Below, one piece after another: positions 40,846-55,439 of a DNA stretch of 64,000 nucleotides. The stretch spans positions 186,001 through 250,000 of the forward strand of contig NW_021834487.1 in NCBI RefSeq assembly GCF_006345805.1. The letters are read 5' to 3'. The stretch's first letter is position 1, and the number at the start of each line of letters is the position of its first letter. The position numbers were made by a program, and so were the translations under genes. The stretch is from Octopus sinensis (taxonomy: Eukaryota). The notes below the pieces were generated by a model. It was not told where the DNA came from and ran no database searches. It worked only from the letters and a program-made list of their open reading frames with translations.

Positions 40846-41047
40846 CAGGGGTCTCCACAGTGGTCGATATCGACCTCTGGGGTTCGATGAGACTAGTCAA
40901 GGGGTCGATAAATGCCTGAAACTGCACATTTACTTAACTATCATTATCGTTTATCTATTTTCTTGTACATGCCTGGGGGCGGGGTCGATGAGGGGGATCA
41001 AGGATTTCATGAAGACGTTGATGGTCTAAAAAGTTTGGGGACCCCTG
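40846..41047. mobile_element. hAT-type MITE (202 bp)
   Basis: TIRs CAGGGGTCTCCA / TGGGGACCCCTG; degenerate 8-bp TSD ATTAAAAC / ATTTAAAT; internal GGGGTCGAT motifs. Confidence 0.75.
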
Positions 41048-41124
41048 ATTTAAATCTTGAAAACTATAGCAATGACCTACTGTTGATGATGGTGTTTTTG
41101 TTGTTGTTGTTCAATATTACCGAG

Positions 41125-41345
41125 GCAAACACGGCCTTGAACCGGTAGAGCCGTTAGCAGCCTTGGGGGAAAATGCTTAGCGACATTTCTTCCCTCTTTA
41201 TATTCTGAGTTCAAATTCTGCCGAGATCGACTTTGCATTTCCGTTTCAATAAAACAAGTACCAGTTGAGTACTGGGGTCCGGGTATAATCAACTTTGCCC
41301 CTCCCACGAAATAACTAGCCTTGTGCCAAAATTTGTAATCAATAT
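41125..41345 (+). mobile_element. SINE family B, decayed
   Basis: AAATGCTTAGCG..TTCTGAGTTCAAATTC..GATCGACTTTG..AAGTACCAGTTGAG. Confidence 0.75.
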
Positions 41346-41799
41346 TATTATAGAAAATAGAGCTAAAAAAAACCCAGTGTGTCCTTCCACCTAATAAGGG
41401 AATAAAGCGTACATTGATGTAGATTTGGCAACTATTTCTAGGAGATCAAACCAATGAATAGAGGCACTGTCATTGATTCTTAACACAGAAATTTCTCGTT
41501 CTTGATCATGGTGATTCTAAGAATAATTGTCTTTGCAAAACATGCAATGCTGACATTTTGGAAAGTCCATGACTTTTGAGCTATTTCAATACTGCGTCTT
41601 CAAAATAATTTTTTCTACACTAAAATTTCTATGAAGTTAAGTACATTTTTTACTTTCATTTCGAAAGAAAAATAATAATCTGAAGTTTCAAAGAACGTAT
41701 ATTTTTTATTTTTTTAAAATTCATTTCATTCATTTTTTTCTGTAGTTTTAATTAACGTACTATTCAAAAGTTTATCACTTTAATACAGTAAGACCAAGT

Positions 41800-41831
41800 A
41801 TACTTTATAAAAACACACATACACACATACG

Positions 41832-41889
<58 letters not shown>

Positions 41890-42614
41890 AGACAGTAAAT
41901 ACTATATGATATAAATAGCTATATATATATACTCAAAAGATATAAATATATTATAAAATATATACATATATGTATATATATATATATATATAGGTATGGT
42001 TATATACATATATATGTTTATATATGCATATATATATGTATGTGTATCTATGTATGTATGTATGTATATTTAATATATAGCTATAATTTCTGCATAGGGT
42101 GCATTATAATGGATCATTAATTGGATATACATAAACATAAGTTCCGAATGCATGCCTGAATGTTGCATTTTGTCTATGTATGTGTGTATGTTTGTGTATG
42201 TGTGTATGTGTGTGTATATGTGAGTGTGCAAGGGTGGTGCGTGAGTGCGTGAGTGTACGTGCGCTTGTCTACTGTCGTGTGCTTGTGTGTGTATGCGCGT
42301 GTGTACGTGTACACATGTGTTTAGATGTGAGTGAATGCATGCGTGCGACCGTGATGCATGCGTCTGTGTGTGTGTGTATGTGACTGTGTGTGTGTGTGTG
42401 TGTAGGGTGTTTGTGTGTGTCCATGTGTGTGTGTGTGCCGTGGAGTGTAAATATAGAAGAAGGTATATATCCACGATAAAAATTACACTGATCTGAAATA
42501 TTTCTTTTTTTTTCTTCTCTCAGTTTAAACGTTTCTTATCCTACGTCACTTCTTTTTTTTACATCATTTCGCATAATATTTCCTTCTTTAAACAACACTC
42601 ACATACACTCACAG

Positions 42615-42660
<46 letters not shown>

Positions 42661-42695
42661 TATATATCCACACATACATACACACTCATACATAC

Positions 42696-42790
<95 letters not shown>

Positions 42791-43124
42791 TGCATGTAAG
42801 TATGTATACACATATACATATATGTATGGTTGTGTATGTATTTGTGTGTGTAACATTAATTAAAATTTGTTGAAAATGAATGACTTTTTGTGCAGTGACC
42901 TGATGAATTGGTCCGTTAATAAGTTGTTAATTAACTATTTCTTCTGAAGAGGACGTACTTACACTGCACAAACGTCACACACCTAGCTATACATACGTAC
43001 ATTTATACATACATACATATATATACATGCATACATATATATAAATATATTTGTATATATACATATACATATACATATATACAAATATATATATATATAC
43101 ATATATATAAATAATTGTGTATAT

Positions 43125-43166
<42 letters not shown>

Positions 43167-43260
43167 GTAAGTATAGATATGTATGTGTGTGTGTGTGTGT
43201 GTGTGTATAAACACACGCGGACGTAGATACACTACAGACATACACATCGACGAAGCGTGC
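41800..43260. repeat. Compound (TA)n/(GA)n/(TG)n/(CA)n low-complexity region
   Basis: Direct reading. Confidence 0.85.
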
Positions 43261-44290
43261 GCAAAGAAATAGAAAAATAAATACACACTTAATCACATGA
43301 GGGGCACACACTGATATTTTGACAAACACATTCTCTGATAAGCACACGTAGACGTACGTACATGCTCGCACACCACGTCACAGATACGTACAAGCACTCA
43401 AACACATACTTTCTAATCTCTCACATAAAGTTGTAAACAACAGTTCTCACACTCATACTCACAAACACTTAACCTCACTCCCTCATAGTTACACCATACT
43501 CACACACACATATAATCAAAAGTAATAAAGCAATGAAAAATATTTGTTTTATAGAAGCTAAGCATCGGTAACAAAATCACAGAAGTTCACTTTGATCCCT
43601 GAAAATTCTAGTTTCGATTCCAAGTATACTCAAGAGTCATTTTTTTCTCCTTTTCCTTGATATAAATGATATGACAGGCATTTGTTTATTTAACTGTGTC
43701 GATGTCTTTTTTAATAGTGTATTCGGTTGTCAGATAAATTCAGTCGTATCTTCTGCATTTATTTTAATTCTTTCCACTGTTATTTGATTTAACACGAAAA
43801 ATATTTTCATCATAACCTTTTATAGGTGGATATCCTATGCAAATGTGTACAGTAAATATATATTCCATAACAAGGGGGCTAAAATTTAACGAAGGTGTTA
43901 TTAGCTTAACGTTTTAAAGCTGTATGAGATGTATTGGTGTCAAGAAGATGCAAAAGGTGTTAGGTAATGCTAAGTAAGTGCTATGGATAGAGCATGATTA
44001 AGCTCCAGGTTCGATAATGATACGAATGAGGAGTCCAACGTGGGTCATGCATTACTTACTTGTACTTGTACTTGTGGCGACATTCACCCTGGGCGGTTTG
44101 AGTCGGCTTCTTCTACCACCCTCGAGGCATCTCGAAACATGGCGGTGGAAGAAGTTTCGTGGGAATATGTATTAGCATGTATATATATAAATTGACAGAA
44201 TGAGATAAAAGATCCAAGGCTGTAAATAGTTTTCAGAACATTTACCAAGAACAGGTATATATATATATGTATATAGGTATGTATATATAT

Positions 44291-44722
44291 TCTCTTTTAC
44301 TCTCTTTTACTCTCTTTTACTTGTTTCAGTCATTTGACTGCAGCCATGCTGCAGCACGGCCTTTAGTCGAGCAAATCGATCGCAGGACTTATTCTTTGTA
44401 AGCCTAATACTTATTCTATCGGTCTCTTTTGCCGAACCGTTAAGTTACGGGGAAGTAAACACACCAGCATCGGTTGTCAAGCGATGTTGGGGGGACAAAT
44501 ACAAACATACAATCACACACACACATACACACACACACATATATAAATATACATATATACGACGGGCTTCTTTCAGTTTCCGTCTACCAAATCCACTCAC
44601 AAGGCCTTGGTCAGCCCGAGGCTATAGTAGAAGACACTTGCCCATGATGCCATGCAGAAGGACTGAACCGGAACCATGTGGTTGGTAAGCAAGCTACTTA
44701 CCACACAGTCACTCCTGCGCCT
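44291..44722 (-). mobile_element. SINE family A, full length, with tandem (TCTCTTTTAC)n tail
   Basis: Family A consensus. Confidence 0.92.
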
Positions 44723-44829
44723 ATATATGTATGTATATATATTATATTTTGTATATCGTATACATTATACATTATATATGCACGGGCATAAATACATACA
44801 GACATGCATTAATACGTACGTATATACAT

Positions 44830-45200
44830 ACATGACGATCGCTTCATCTTCGCAGATGATAGCCATCCTAATTAATCTAGATAATCCCTCTAATCTCCGC
44901 TACATTTGTGTGCTCTGCATTGATTCTTAAGTCCAGCAGTTGACCTGCAACGGTTCAAAACATATGTGAAAGACGAGATTTAAAACTTCTCTAACTGGTT
45001 TAATCTGCAAATGCTACTAATCCTCAATCGCCACAAGATGTACCAGTTGGAATGAGTCCTCGATACGGCATTGGATTAAAGAGGTTGTGTGACGCATTGC
45101 AAGATGACTGGCAACTCAATCAAATACAAGTCTGATTTCAGATTGCTTTACGTTAGGTTTTTCCCACCAGCGGAAACTTACAGGTAATTATGAACTTTGA
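44830..45200 (-). mobile_element. Decayed RTE-type LINE 3' end
   Basis: Minus strand RCRSTAGLKNQCRAH resembles the CKSLAGLKCHIQH motif of the RTE at 35.7 kb. Confidence 0.5.
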
Positions 45201-45470
45201 ATGACGTTGAATATCAAGTGTTCATCTATCTTAGCGCCGAATTTTTTTTTTATTGCAAAGGGTGTCGAAAATATTTACCCTCCACACTGAGCAAGCATTA
45301 TAGGTTCGTTATGAATATAGGTTCGTTAATACGTTTACTCAATTGGTCTATTGATCAGATGAGAAAAGTTGAACGACCTAATGCTATAAATTGATGCTAT
45401 TTCGTCACAGCCATTTACTAACCTAAACAATACCGTTTGCCTAGTGTACTAACAGAGAGCTTATGAAGTA

Positions 45471-46023
45471 TTGGGTTGTCCGGAAAGTTCGTGCCGATTT
45501 GTAGCAACTTACATTTCGACTTATTTTATAACATGTTTGAGTCCATAAAATAGGATTTGACTGCACCTCCATTTAGAGCACAGTTTAAGCTATCTTTTCG
45601 TGGAAGAAGGTTTAGGTTCCTGTGTTATTTCTGTAACCCTTTAAAACGGAAGATAAGAAAGTACGTTTTCGGCACTTTGGGAAGCAGACAAAAATTGCTG
45701 CAGCTCGGCTGGGATGTGTTACCCCACCCTCCATATTCACCAGATATTGCTCCTTTGGATTTCCACTTATTCAGGTCTCTGCAGAATAGTCTTAATGGTA
45801 AAAATTTCAATTCCTTGGATGGCGTAAAAAGATACCTTGATGGATTATTTGCCATGAAGCCACTTCAACTTCTGGGAAGAGGGTATTTTCAAGTTAAAGG
45901 AAAGATGGAGACGCATTGTGCCACGAAATGGTTCATATTTGGTTGATTAAAAATGTAATAGCAAGTATTTATTGACCTTTTTCTTTCCTTTAAAAATCGA
46001 CACGAACTTTCCGGAGGACCCAG
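45471..46023 (+). mobile_element. Internally deleted mariner (about 550 bp) with both TIRs and TA flanks
   Basis: TIRs TTGGGTTGTCCGGAAAGTTCGTGCCGATTT / AAATCGACACGAACTTTCCGGAGGACCCAG. N-terminal EDKKVRFRHF is fused to QKLLQLGWDVLPHPPYSPDIAPLDFHLFRSLQN. Confidence 0.9.
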
Positions 46024-46054
46024 TATTTTGCCCGGGTTGATAATCCATCACAAA

Positions 46055-46290
<236 letters not shown>

Positions 46291-47859
46291 CTAGTGCTGG
46301 AAAGCGAAGAGAGCAACTTCTTACGATTCGGCAGAGATCTCCTCAAGAACAAATTTCCTCCTAACGAATTGCCTCCCTCATAACCCCACAACAGCAGCAC
46401 TAACATATCTCAAAAGGACCTAGATGTGAAATTCTCAGAATAACAAAAAACGACTATGTATGGGTGTGTTTCTCGAAGACTTGAAAATTTTACTATTATT
46501 GGCATGAATTGTAGTTTTTCTTGGCCACGCGATTGCTACGTCGCATCACACTGCGGAGGTATACGTTTGAAATCCGAAAGCAGACGATTATAAGAAAGTT
46601 TCTGTTGAGCAAAAGAAACCCGGAAGCACGAGCGGCCGCAAAAGTCCACCGAAACTGTCGCTTATATCCAATTTGAAGGAAAGACCCTTAAATCTTTTTA
46701 GCAGCGGGACTGTTGCTAAAATAAACATGCAATTCTTTCTTTATGCCTTTAACCCTCAAACGCGGAGTATAGCCCACTTACAGTTGAATTCTATTTCGCA
46801 TAATTTTTCGCTTCTTTACTTATAATCTGCCATGAATGTTCCCCTTTCTCTAGCTCCTTTTGTGTTGATCTACGCCACGAGTTCTTAGGCATACCTCTCC
46901 TTCTATATCCATCCGGTTTTCACTGTAAAGCACTTTTCGCTACATTTGGTGTGTTTTTTCTAATTGTGCTACCAATTCACTTCCACTTTTTCTTAAATAT
47001 TTGCTCCCTAATCGAAATTTGATGTGTTCTTTGCCATAGCACCATATTGCTTATGTGTTCGAACCTTCAAATTTTAAGTATACTACGCAAGCATCTGTTG
47101 ATGAATGATTGTATTTGCTTATTTGACTTAGCTGCAATGCCATTCGAAAATATTCTAGGATTAATTTAGAGAAACATTGCGTTATTGAATACATAAACAT
47201 CAACGCAATGTTGTGAGTGATAATCTGGAAAAGCTCCGGTTTTCAAAAACAGAAAAAAAACTGAAGAAAGAAGAAATCAACATCACCTAGCTAACACGTA
47301 AGCAAATCACAAATTGTAATTGTAAGAGGAACAGGAAGAACATGCACCATTTTTCTCAAGTTCAACATGGGGCATTGTTTTTGGTATCTACATTCGGACG
47401 ATGGGGATTTGCATCTGTTTTAGAAACCAGCTCCTTTGGAAGAATTCAAATAATTAACGGAGAATATACATACATACATGTATATGTGAATGCATACACA
47501 CACACATACAGACAGACAGACGAAAGAAAATTATACATACACACAATGCTATCATCAGCAGGAGATAAAGAGATCGGTATTGCCAGTGTTATTTATACGG
47601 GCATGACCACCATTTTAAAAACTAACGGTTTCAAAGGAAATGAGCCGTAAATCGGAATAAAATCAAACACCATATCTTTATATCATCTCTACACCTGAAA
47701 TTGGTAAAGTTTCATAGTCTAACATTAATAATTAAATTTAGAAAATGAGGCTATAATGATATTAGTTATAGTAATATATAGTTGGTAGATATAAGAATAT
47801 TTCTGAGAGCAGAAGTTTAGCAATACACACATACATTAACACATTCACATGTGTGCATC

Positions 47860-48510
<651 letters not shown>

Positions 48511-48675
48511 CGTATACTTATTTATCAAATTTTTTTTCTTCAACCATGACCTCTTTATCCGTCATACCACTCAGCACATACTACACCGTACCACATCGCC
48601 TCCTCCTCCACATCCTCCTCCTCCCGCTCCTCCTCCTCTTACTTCTCAGCTAATGACCAATATAATAAAAGGTGG

Positions 48676-48715
<40 letters not shown>

Positions 48716-49200
48716 AGAACCCCCTTCCTGCATCCGTGTCCCTCACCTACCGACCAACCTATAATAAACACCTACCTAAAATACCTAACTCTAACCAATT
48801 TACTGTCCAACGCGCGGACGTGACGTTTTATCGTATATCAAACCTGGCTGTCATGTCTTCCACTCCATTAATCAAGTCTTTCATACAAACACAATACACA
48901 CATGTACGCACATGCAAACACGTAAGCATTCACACACTTACGCATACAAACACACACTTTTCACTGTCTGAACTTCCAATCGCCCGACTCTTACTGCGAT
49001 ACGTTTAATAGATTCTGATACACCACTACGGCTACTACCACCAACGTCACCATCGCATCCACAAATTAGTCGATGAAGGACCCTCTACGTGATATCCGAC
49101 ATGCTGGATATCGCAGTCAGAGCTGCGTCAAATCATTGTTCAGTGTCTGCAATGTAGGATACATTGCATAGGTTTATTCGTACGTAGTTATTCATACATA

Positions 49201-49630
49201 AAGGTGAGGCTATGTGGTAAGTAACTTGATTCCCGACTACATGGTTTTTGGGTTCTATCCCACTGCGGGGCACATTGGGCAAGTATCTTCTATAGCCACG
49301 GGCGGGCCAAAGCCTTGTGAGTGGATTTTTAGTAGACGGAAAGTAAAAGAAGCCGACGTGTATAAATGTATGTGTGTGTGTGTGTGCGCGCGCGTGCGCG
49401 TGGGTATGTGACTTTTTGTCCGTGTTTGTCTTCCACTACAGCTTGGTAACCGGCGTTTGAGTGTTTACTTCCTCGTAACTTTGCGGTTCAGTAAAAGAGT
49501 TTGATAGAGTGAGTACCAGACTTAAAAAGATATTAAGTACAAGAGCCGATTCAATCAAATACAAATTTCTTCAAGGTGGTACTCCAGCATGGTCACAGGC
49601 TAATGACTGGAACAAGTAAAAGAATAAAAC
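49201..49630 (+). mobile_element. SINE family A, older diverged copy
   Basis: GGCTATGTGGTAAGTAACTTG..CATTGGGCAAGT..GTACTCCAGCATGG..GACTGGAACAAGTAAAAG. Confidence 0.8.
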
Positions 49631-49639
49631 AATATTTTC

Positions 49640-49832
49640 TGGTCTAGGCACAAGGCCCGAAATTTTTTCGGAGGGAAGGGGCCAGTCGATTATAATGACC
49701 CCAGTACGCAGCTGGTATTTAATTTATCGACCTCCGAAAAAATGAAAGTCAAAGTTGACTTCGGCGGAATTTAAACTTAGTACGTAAGCATTTCGCTCGG
49801 CATACTAACGCTTCTTGCAACTCACTGCCTTA
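49640..49832 (-). mobile_element. SINE family B
   Basis: Reverse complement of the family B head and central block. Confidence 0.8.
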
Positions 49833-49887
49833 AAAGAATAAATGAATACCGCTTCGATGAAAGATTTATGAGACAATGTGTTTACTC

Positions 49888-49966
<79 letters not shown>

Positions 49967-50196
49967 TATAGTGTAGGTATCAGTTAGAGGAGTTAATACC
50001 TCTAAGGGATAATTAAATCCAAAGTCGCTCCTGGTTATTACCTGGGTAGGTACAGTCTTTTGTAAAGTCGTGCGGTAGCAGGAGGTTCGGTTGGTAGACC
50101 GTAGTTCCTACTTCCTGTGTTATCTAATTAAATTAAAGGCATACCGGCGAAATCGACGAGTTTCCCCTTGCTATTACATCCATTTTCTTCTCATAT

Positions 50197-50233
<37 letters not shown>

Positions 50234-50244
50234 TATATATATAT

Positions 50245-50297
<53 letters not shown>

Positions 50298-50309
50298 CTA
50301 TGTATGTAT

Positions 50310-50405
50310 ACGAAAGGCTTCTTTCAGTTTTCGTCTGCCAAATCCACTCACCAGTATTGGTTGGCCGGAGGCTAGAGCAGAGGACACTTGCCCAAGGTTC
50401 CACAT
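50310..50405 (-). mobile_element. SINE family A core fragment
   Basis: GGCTTCTTTCAGTTTTCGTCTGCCAAATCCACTCAC..GACACTTGCCCAAGG. Confidence 0.7.
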
Positions 50406-51109
50406 GATCGATATGACAGTCAGCCTCCTTCAAATCACAACATTCTGTCTTTACAGTATGTTGGGACACATAGTATAGTGTAATCATACTTTGGCTGTTT
50501 CAGTTGAAGATCTATGTAACAATGTCACTCGTACCAAAGAGAAAATCTCAATGAGGTCGCTAAAATTAGCAGTCAAACCCGTTTGATTCTCTCGCTACTA
50601 TTTTTAGAAATGGTGAGTCACTTTGGATAAGGTAGATTTAGACACCTCTGAAAACTCGGAATGTTCACAGCTGGAAAGACATACATCATAAGGTTGGTTA
50701 CTTGATCAGCGCTGGGCTAAAGGTGAACGACAATATCACTAACAGTAATTATCTCCACAACCAATAACACAGGACTGGCTTATCCTACTTCACCACCGCC
50801 GCCGCCGCCGCCATCACACCGCCATTACCACCACCACTTCAACTTACATCACTGACAACAACAACAGCAGCAGTAGCAACAACAGCACTAACACTGTTAA
50901 CAATGCCAACAACGTATTAATCACCTCTACCAACAATAAGCAGGCACACACGCACATTGTCGAAGTCAGAGAAGCATATACATATACACACATATATACA
51001 CACACAAGCCCCCCCCCACACACACACACACACTCGATGTACCTATTTCACTTCAGCTCAATCTGTTGTATAACTCAATTTACCCAGACGAATTCACCTA
51101 AATCTAAAG

Positions 51110-51460
51110 TGGTGGTATTGTTCTAGTGTTGGTCAGTGATGGGGATGGTGGTGGTAGTTGTGATGCTGGTGTTGGTTCTGGTTCTGGGGGTGGTGTTGTT
51201 GTGGTTGTGGTGGTTGTGGTGGTGGTGGTGGTGCTGTTGCTGGTCGTAGTGGTAAGGTACTGTAGGTGATGGTGGTGACGGTGCTCTGTGCTGGTGCTGG
51301 TGTTGGTGTTGGTGATGGTTGTAGTGGTAGTGATGGTACTGATAATTGTAGTTGTGGTGGTGGTGGTGTTGATGGTGAATGTGATGGTGGTAGAAGTGGT
51401 GCTGGTAGATGTGGTGGTGGTAAGCGGAATGACGGTAATGGTAGTGGTGTACGTAGAATT
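51110..51460. repeat. (GGT/GTT/GAT)n low-complexity tract
   Basis: Direct reading. Confidence 0.85.
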
Positions 51461-51719
51461 AATGGTGTTAGCGTGCAATGGTCGGTTGCAGATTTCTCTC
51501 TACCCACTTGTCTTAATGCTGTCTAAGGAATTTGTGGAAAATACACGCAAACACACGCACACATGCACACACACACACACATATGCACCCTGTCTCTCTA
51601 TATATATGCCTCTGTCTCTATATCTATATGTCTGTCTCTATATGTGTGTGTATGTATATATATATTACGCATACATTCGTACCTCTCTCTCTCTCTGTAT
51701 ATATATATATATATATATA

Positions 51720-51780
<61 letters not shown>

Positions 51781-51783
51781 TAT

Positions 51784-51844
<61 letters not shown>

Positions 51845-51848
<4 letters not shown>

Positions 51849-53119
51849 GTTGTCAAGAAAGTTCTTGCGGTTTTTAACCTTTAAATTCAGATGCACATAT
51901 CTCGGCTTAAACAAAACTTTATTAATCGAAATATACACCATAGGAATCAACACAGTTTTGCTAACGCGAAACAAGTTTATTTATACCAGTAGCGTAAAAA
52001 TCCTTTGTTCTGGTGGTGATGAAGTCGTTGAAGGCGTGTTTGGCATTATCTTGGTTTTTGAAGCATTTCTCACACAGGAAGTTGTCGAGATGCTTGAAAA
52101 AGTGGTAGTCGGTAGGCGAGAGGTCTGGTGCGTATGGCGGATGAGGTAGAGTTTCGTAGCCCAATTTGTTCAACTTTTGCAGGGCCAGTTGTGCGACGTG
52201 CAACCGGGCATTGTCTTGGAGAAGAAGTGGTCCTTTTCTATTGACCAATGTTAGCTGTTGTTGTCGGAATTTCTTATGCATTCCATCCATTTGCTGACAG
52301 TACTTCTTCGCAGTAATGGTTTCGCCTGGATCCAAAAAGCTGCGATGAGACCGGCAGCAGACCACCAAACAGTCACCATGACCTTCTTTTGGTGCATCTT
52401 TGGCTTCAGGAACTGCCGTGGAGGTTCGTCGGCGTCCAACCACTCCACTGAGCGTCGCTGGTTGTCATAAAGTATCCACTTTTCATCGCAAGTCACAATC
52501 CGTTCGAGAAACGGGTTGTTCTTGTTGCATAAAAGAAGGGAAGATGACACTTCAAACGGTGTTTTTTTTTTTTTTTGGTTGTTCAATATGTGCGGCACCC
52601 ATTTATCAAGTACTTTTGTTTTTCCAATCTCTTTCGAGTGGTTGAAAATTGTCGTATACGTTACGTCTTACTCAGAAGCAAGCTCTCGAACAGTTGTGCG
52701 TAGACTGGCTTCGACTAAGGTTCTTAGTTGATCGTTGTCAACATCCGATGGCCGACCAATACGCTTATCATCTTCAAGACTCTCTTACCGCTACGAAATT
52801 TCTTGAACCACCATTGTGCTGTACGTCCATTAGTGATTCCTGGACCAAAAGCATCGTTGATATCGCGAGCTGTTTCGGTAGCTTCTCGGCCTAGCTTGAA
52901 CTGGAATAAGAAAATTGTGCGAATTTGCATTTTGTCCCTGTTGTATTCAACGTTCCGGAAAAATGGCCTAATAATTCAAAAAGAAAGTGGGTAACACAAT
53001 TAGATAGAACAAAAAACAGGCTTTAAAATGATATATAAAGTTAAAGTAATTTAACTAAAATTAATTTGAAAATACATCATTTAAAACCAAAATTAAAAAG
53101 AACTTTCTTGATAACTTAC
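51845..53119 (-). mobile_element. Full-length (about 1275 bp) mariner, Hsmar1-like (cecropia subfamily), transposase disrupted by frameshifts
   Basis: TIR TTAGGTTGTCAAGAAAGTTCTTGCGG at 51845 and degenerate partner ending 53119, TA on both sides. ORF pieces QIRTIFLFQFKLG..TAQWWFKKFRSG, RIVTCDEKWILYDN, KKVMVTVWWSAAGL, LLQDNARLHVA, HPPYAPDLSPTDYHFFKHLDNFL (D,D34D-type motifs). Confidence 0.95.
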
Positions 53120-53190
53120 TATATACATGCATAGATAAATAGACAGAAAGACAGACAGATAAACAGACAAACAGATAGTCAGAAAAAATG

Positions 53191-53285
<95 letters not shown>

Positions 53286-53297
53286 TGTTTCAGAAAC

Positions 53298-53430
53298 TCG
53301 TTTTGCAACCACGTGACTTTAGGTTCATTCCACTACGCGGTACCTTCGGTAAGTGTCATCTACTATAACTTGGGTCGATCAATGCCTTGTGAGTGAAACT
53401 GTACACAGATACTGCGTGGAAGCCTGCATG
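53298..53430 (+). mobile_element. SINE family A, decayed head fragment
   Basis: GGTTCATTCCACTACGCGGTACCTTCGGTAAGTGTCATCTACTATA. Confidence 0.55.
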
Positions 53431-53786
53431 GAAGTCTGTATAGTAGTCTATTGTATTTACTACAATTTCTTGACTATCTACTTGTGATGCCTCGAATTGA
53501 TAAAGGTTATTACACTCTTTCGTTTCTGCTTTGTGAGACGCTCTCCGTCTTCACTATTTTGATATTTTGGTATACTTCCAGCACACTAAAACGCTCTTCT
53601 TTCTCACTTCATATAGTGTATGATGTATATTTTCTATTGGACAGTGGAAATTTTAATGCCATCTCATCTTTTTTATTTTAATCTTCTCAATTCATTTCAA
53701 GCAAAACACTAATATATTTCATCATGTCGTTATAATCTTTTCCCCATCTGACATAACTATGGCAAATAAATCTTGTCATTATTCAC

Positions 53787-54001
53787 AAGGTGGCAGAATC
53801 TTTAAGCACGTCAGCTCAAATGCACATTAGTATTTCGTCTTGCCATAGTCAACTCTACCTTTCATCGTTTCTGAGGGTCGATAAAATAAGTACCAGTGGA
53901 GCACCGGGGTCAATGTCATCGACTTATACCCTTCACCAAAACAGCTACCCGTGTGCCAAAATTTGAAAATACTACTATTATTATTACTATTATTATTATT
54001 A

Positions 54002-54050
<49 letters not shown>

Positions 54051-54540
54051 CATTCCTCCGTAACACAGTGTAGGTAAAAATGCACCGGAGTCTTTAGTCA
54101 TAACAATAACAGTAACAACAATAATAATGATAATAATAAAAAGAAGACGAAGAAGAAGAAGAAGAAGAAGAAGAAGAAGAAGAAGAAGAAGAAGAAGAAG
54201 AAGAAGAAGAAGAAGAAGAAGAGAAGAAGAAGAAGAAGAAGAAGAAGAAGAAGAAGAAACGTTAGCACACAGGGCGAAATGCTTAGCAGTATTTCGTCTG
54301 CCGCTACGTTCTGAGTTCAAATTCCGCCGAGGTCGACTTTGCCTTTCATCCTTTCGGGGTCGATTAAATAAGTACCAGTTACGCACTGGGGTCGATAAAA
54401 TCTACTAAATCCGTTTGTCTGTCCTTGTTTGTCCTCTCTGTGTTTAGACCCTTGTGGATAGTAAAGAAATACGTATTTCTCCCGTCGCTACATTCTGAGT
54501 TCAAATTCCACCTTAGTCGATTTTGCCTTTCATTCTTTCA
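53787..54540 (+). mobile_element. Family B SINEs (53787-53970; 54259-54540) flanking (ATT)n and (AAG)n tracts
   Basis: Family B blocks; (ATT)n about 53970-54052; (AAG)n about 54141-54258. Confidence 0.8.
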
Positions 54541-54580
54541 GATACAACAACAAATATATATATATATATATACATATATA

Positions 54581-54860
54581 CATGCGCAGAGTGGGTGTGT
54601 TGAAAGAAGCTTGCTTCTCAACCGCATGGCTTCGGGTTCAGTTCCCATATTTGTCCCTCCAACACCACTTGAGAACCAGTGTTCGTATGCTTGTGTCCCC
54701 GTAACTTACCGGTTTCCCCAAAAGTTTTCTAAAAAAATAAGCATAAGGCATTTAAAGAAATAAGTAGTGGGGCCGATTCCTTCGACGAACAACGTTTTCC
54801 AAGGCTGTGCCCAGCATCGCCGTTGTAGTCATATGACTGAAACAAGTAAAAGATAAAAGG
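54581..54860 (+). mobile_element. SINE family A, diverged with an internal deletion
   Basis: Head GAGTGGGTGTGTTGAAAG..GGGTTCAGTTCC; tail GACTGAAACAAGTAAAAG. Confidence 0.7.
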
Positions 54861-55146
54861 AAAAAAATATACTTAAAAAATACAAAACAAAGTGAAAGTA
54901 ACAAAAAAAATTTGATGACGAAAAGCCCATTCCGTACAGTTTGCGAGGTTCATTTAGTTGTTTGTAAACCGAATACTTGATGTAATTACGAACTTTGAAA
55001 GAAAAGACGGAGATTCTTACTTTGATGTGACAACAAAATAGACGCACATACGTATTAACAGGCACATACAAACATACATACACATATGTATGTATTTATG
55101 CATAAATATAGATACATATGATAATACGTGTGTGTGTGTGTGTGTG

Positions 55147-55184
<38 letters not shown>

Positions 55185-55391
55185 CATACATACACACAAG
55201 CATAGACATGCATAATCTTTGAAGGAGGATACGTGTGTATGCATGTATGTATTCATACACACACATACATATAAACATGTATATATCTATATATATATGT
55301 ATGTATACATACATATATATACATACACACACACATATGTATATATATATATATATATATATATTTACACATACGTATATACACACACATG

Positions 55392-55439
<48 letters not shown>

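Noticed and set aside
42895-42985. CTGATGA and CTGAAGA motifs near AAACGTCA
   Set aside because: No intact GAAA or stem II; at most an unrecognisable remnant
44050-44160. Hairpin CTTCTTCTACC...GGTGGAAGAAG with GAG/CTC-GAAACATG
   Set aside because: Core CUGAUGA is absent; context with a (CAAGTA)n tail fits a LINE 3' end
45030-45183. Protein-like plus-strand reading (VPVGMSPRYGIGLKRLCDALQDDW) and a 13-nt AG/GT-bounded segment
   Set aside because: The region is better explained as the antisense of a decayed RTE 3' end
46520-46700. GC-richer stretch with CCGGAAG and GCGGCCGC, promoter-like
   Set aside because: Short motifs only, with no linked exon or TSS evidence
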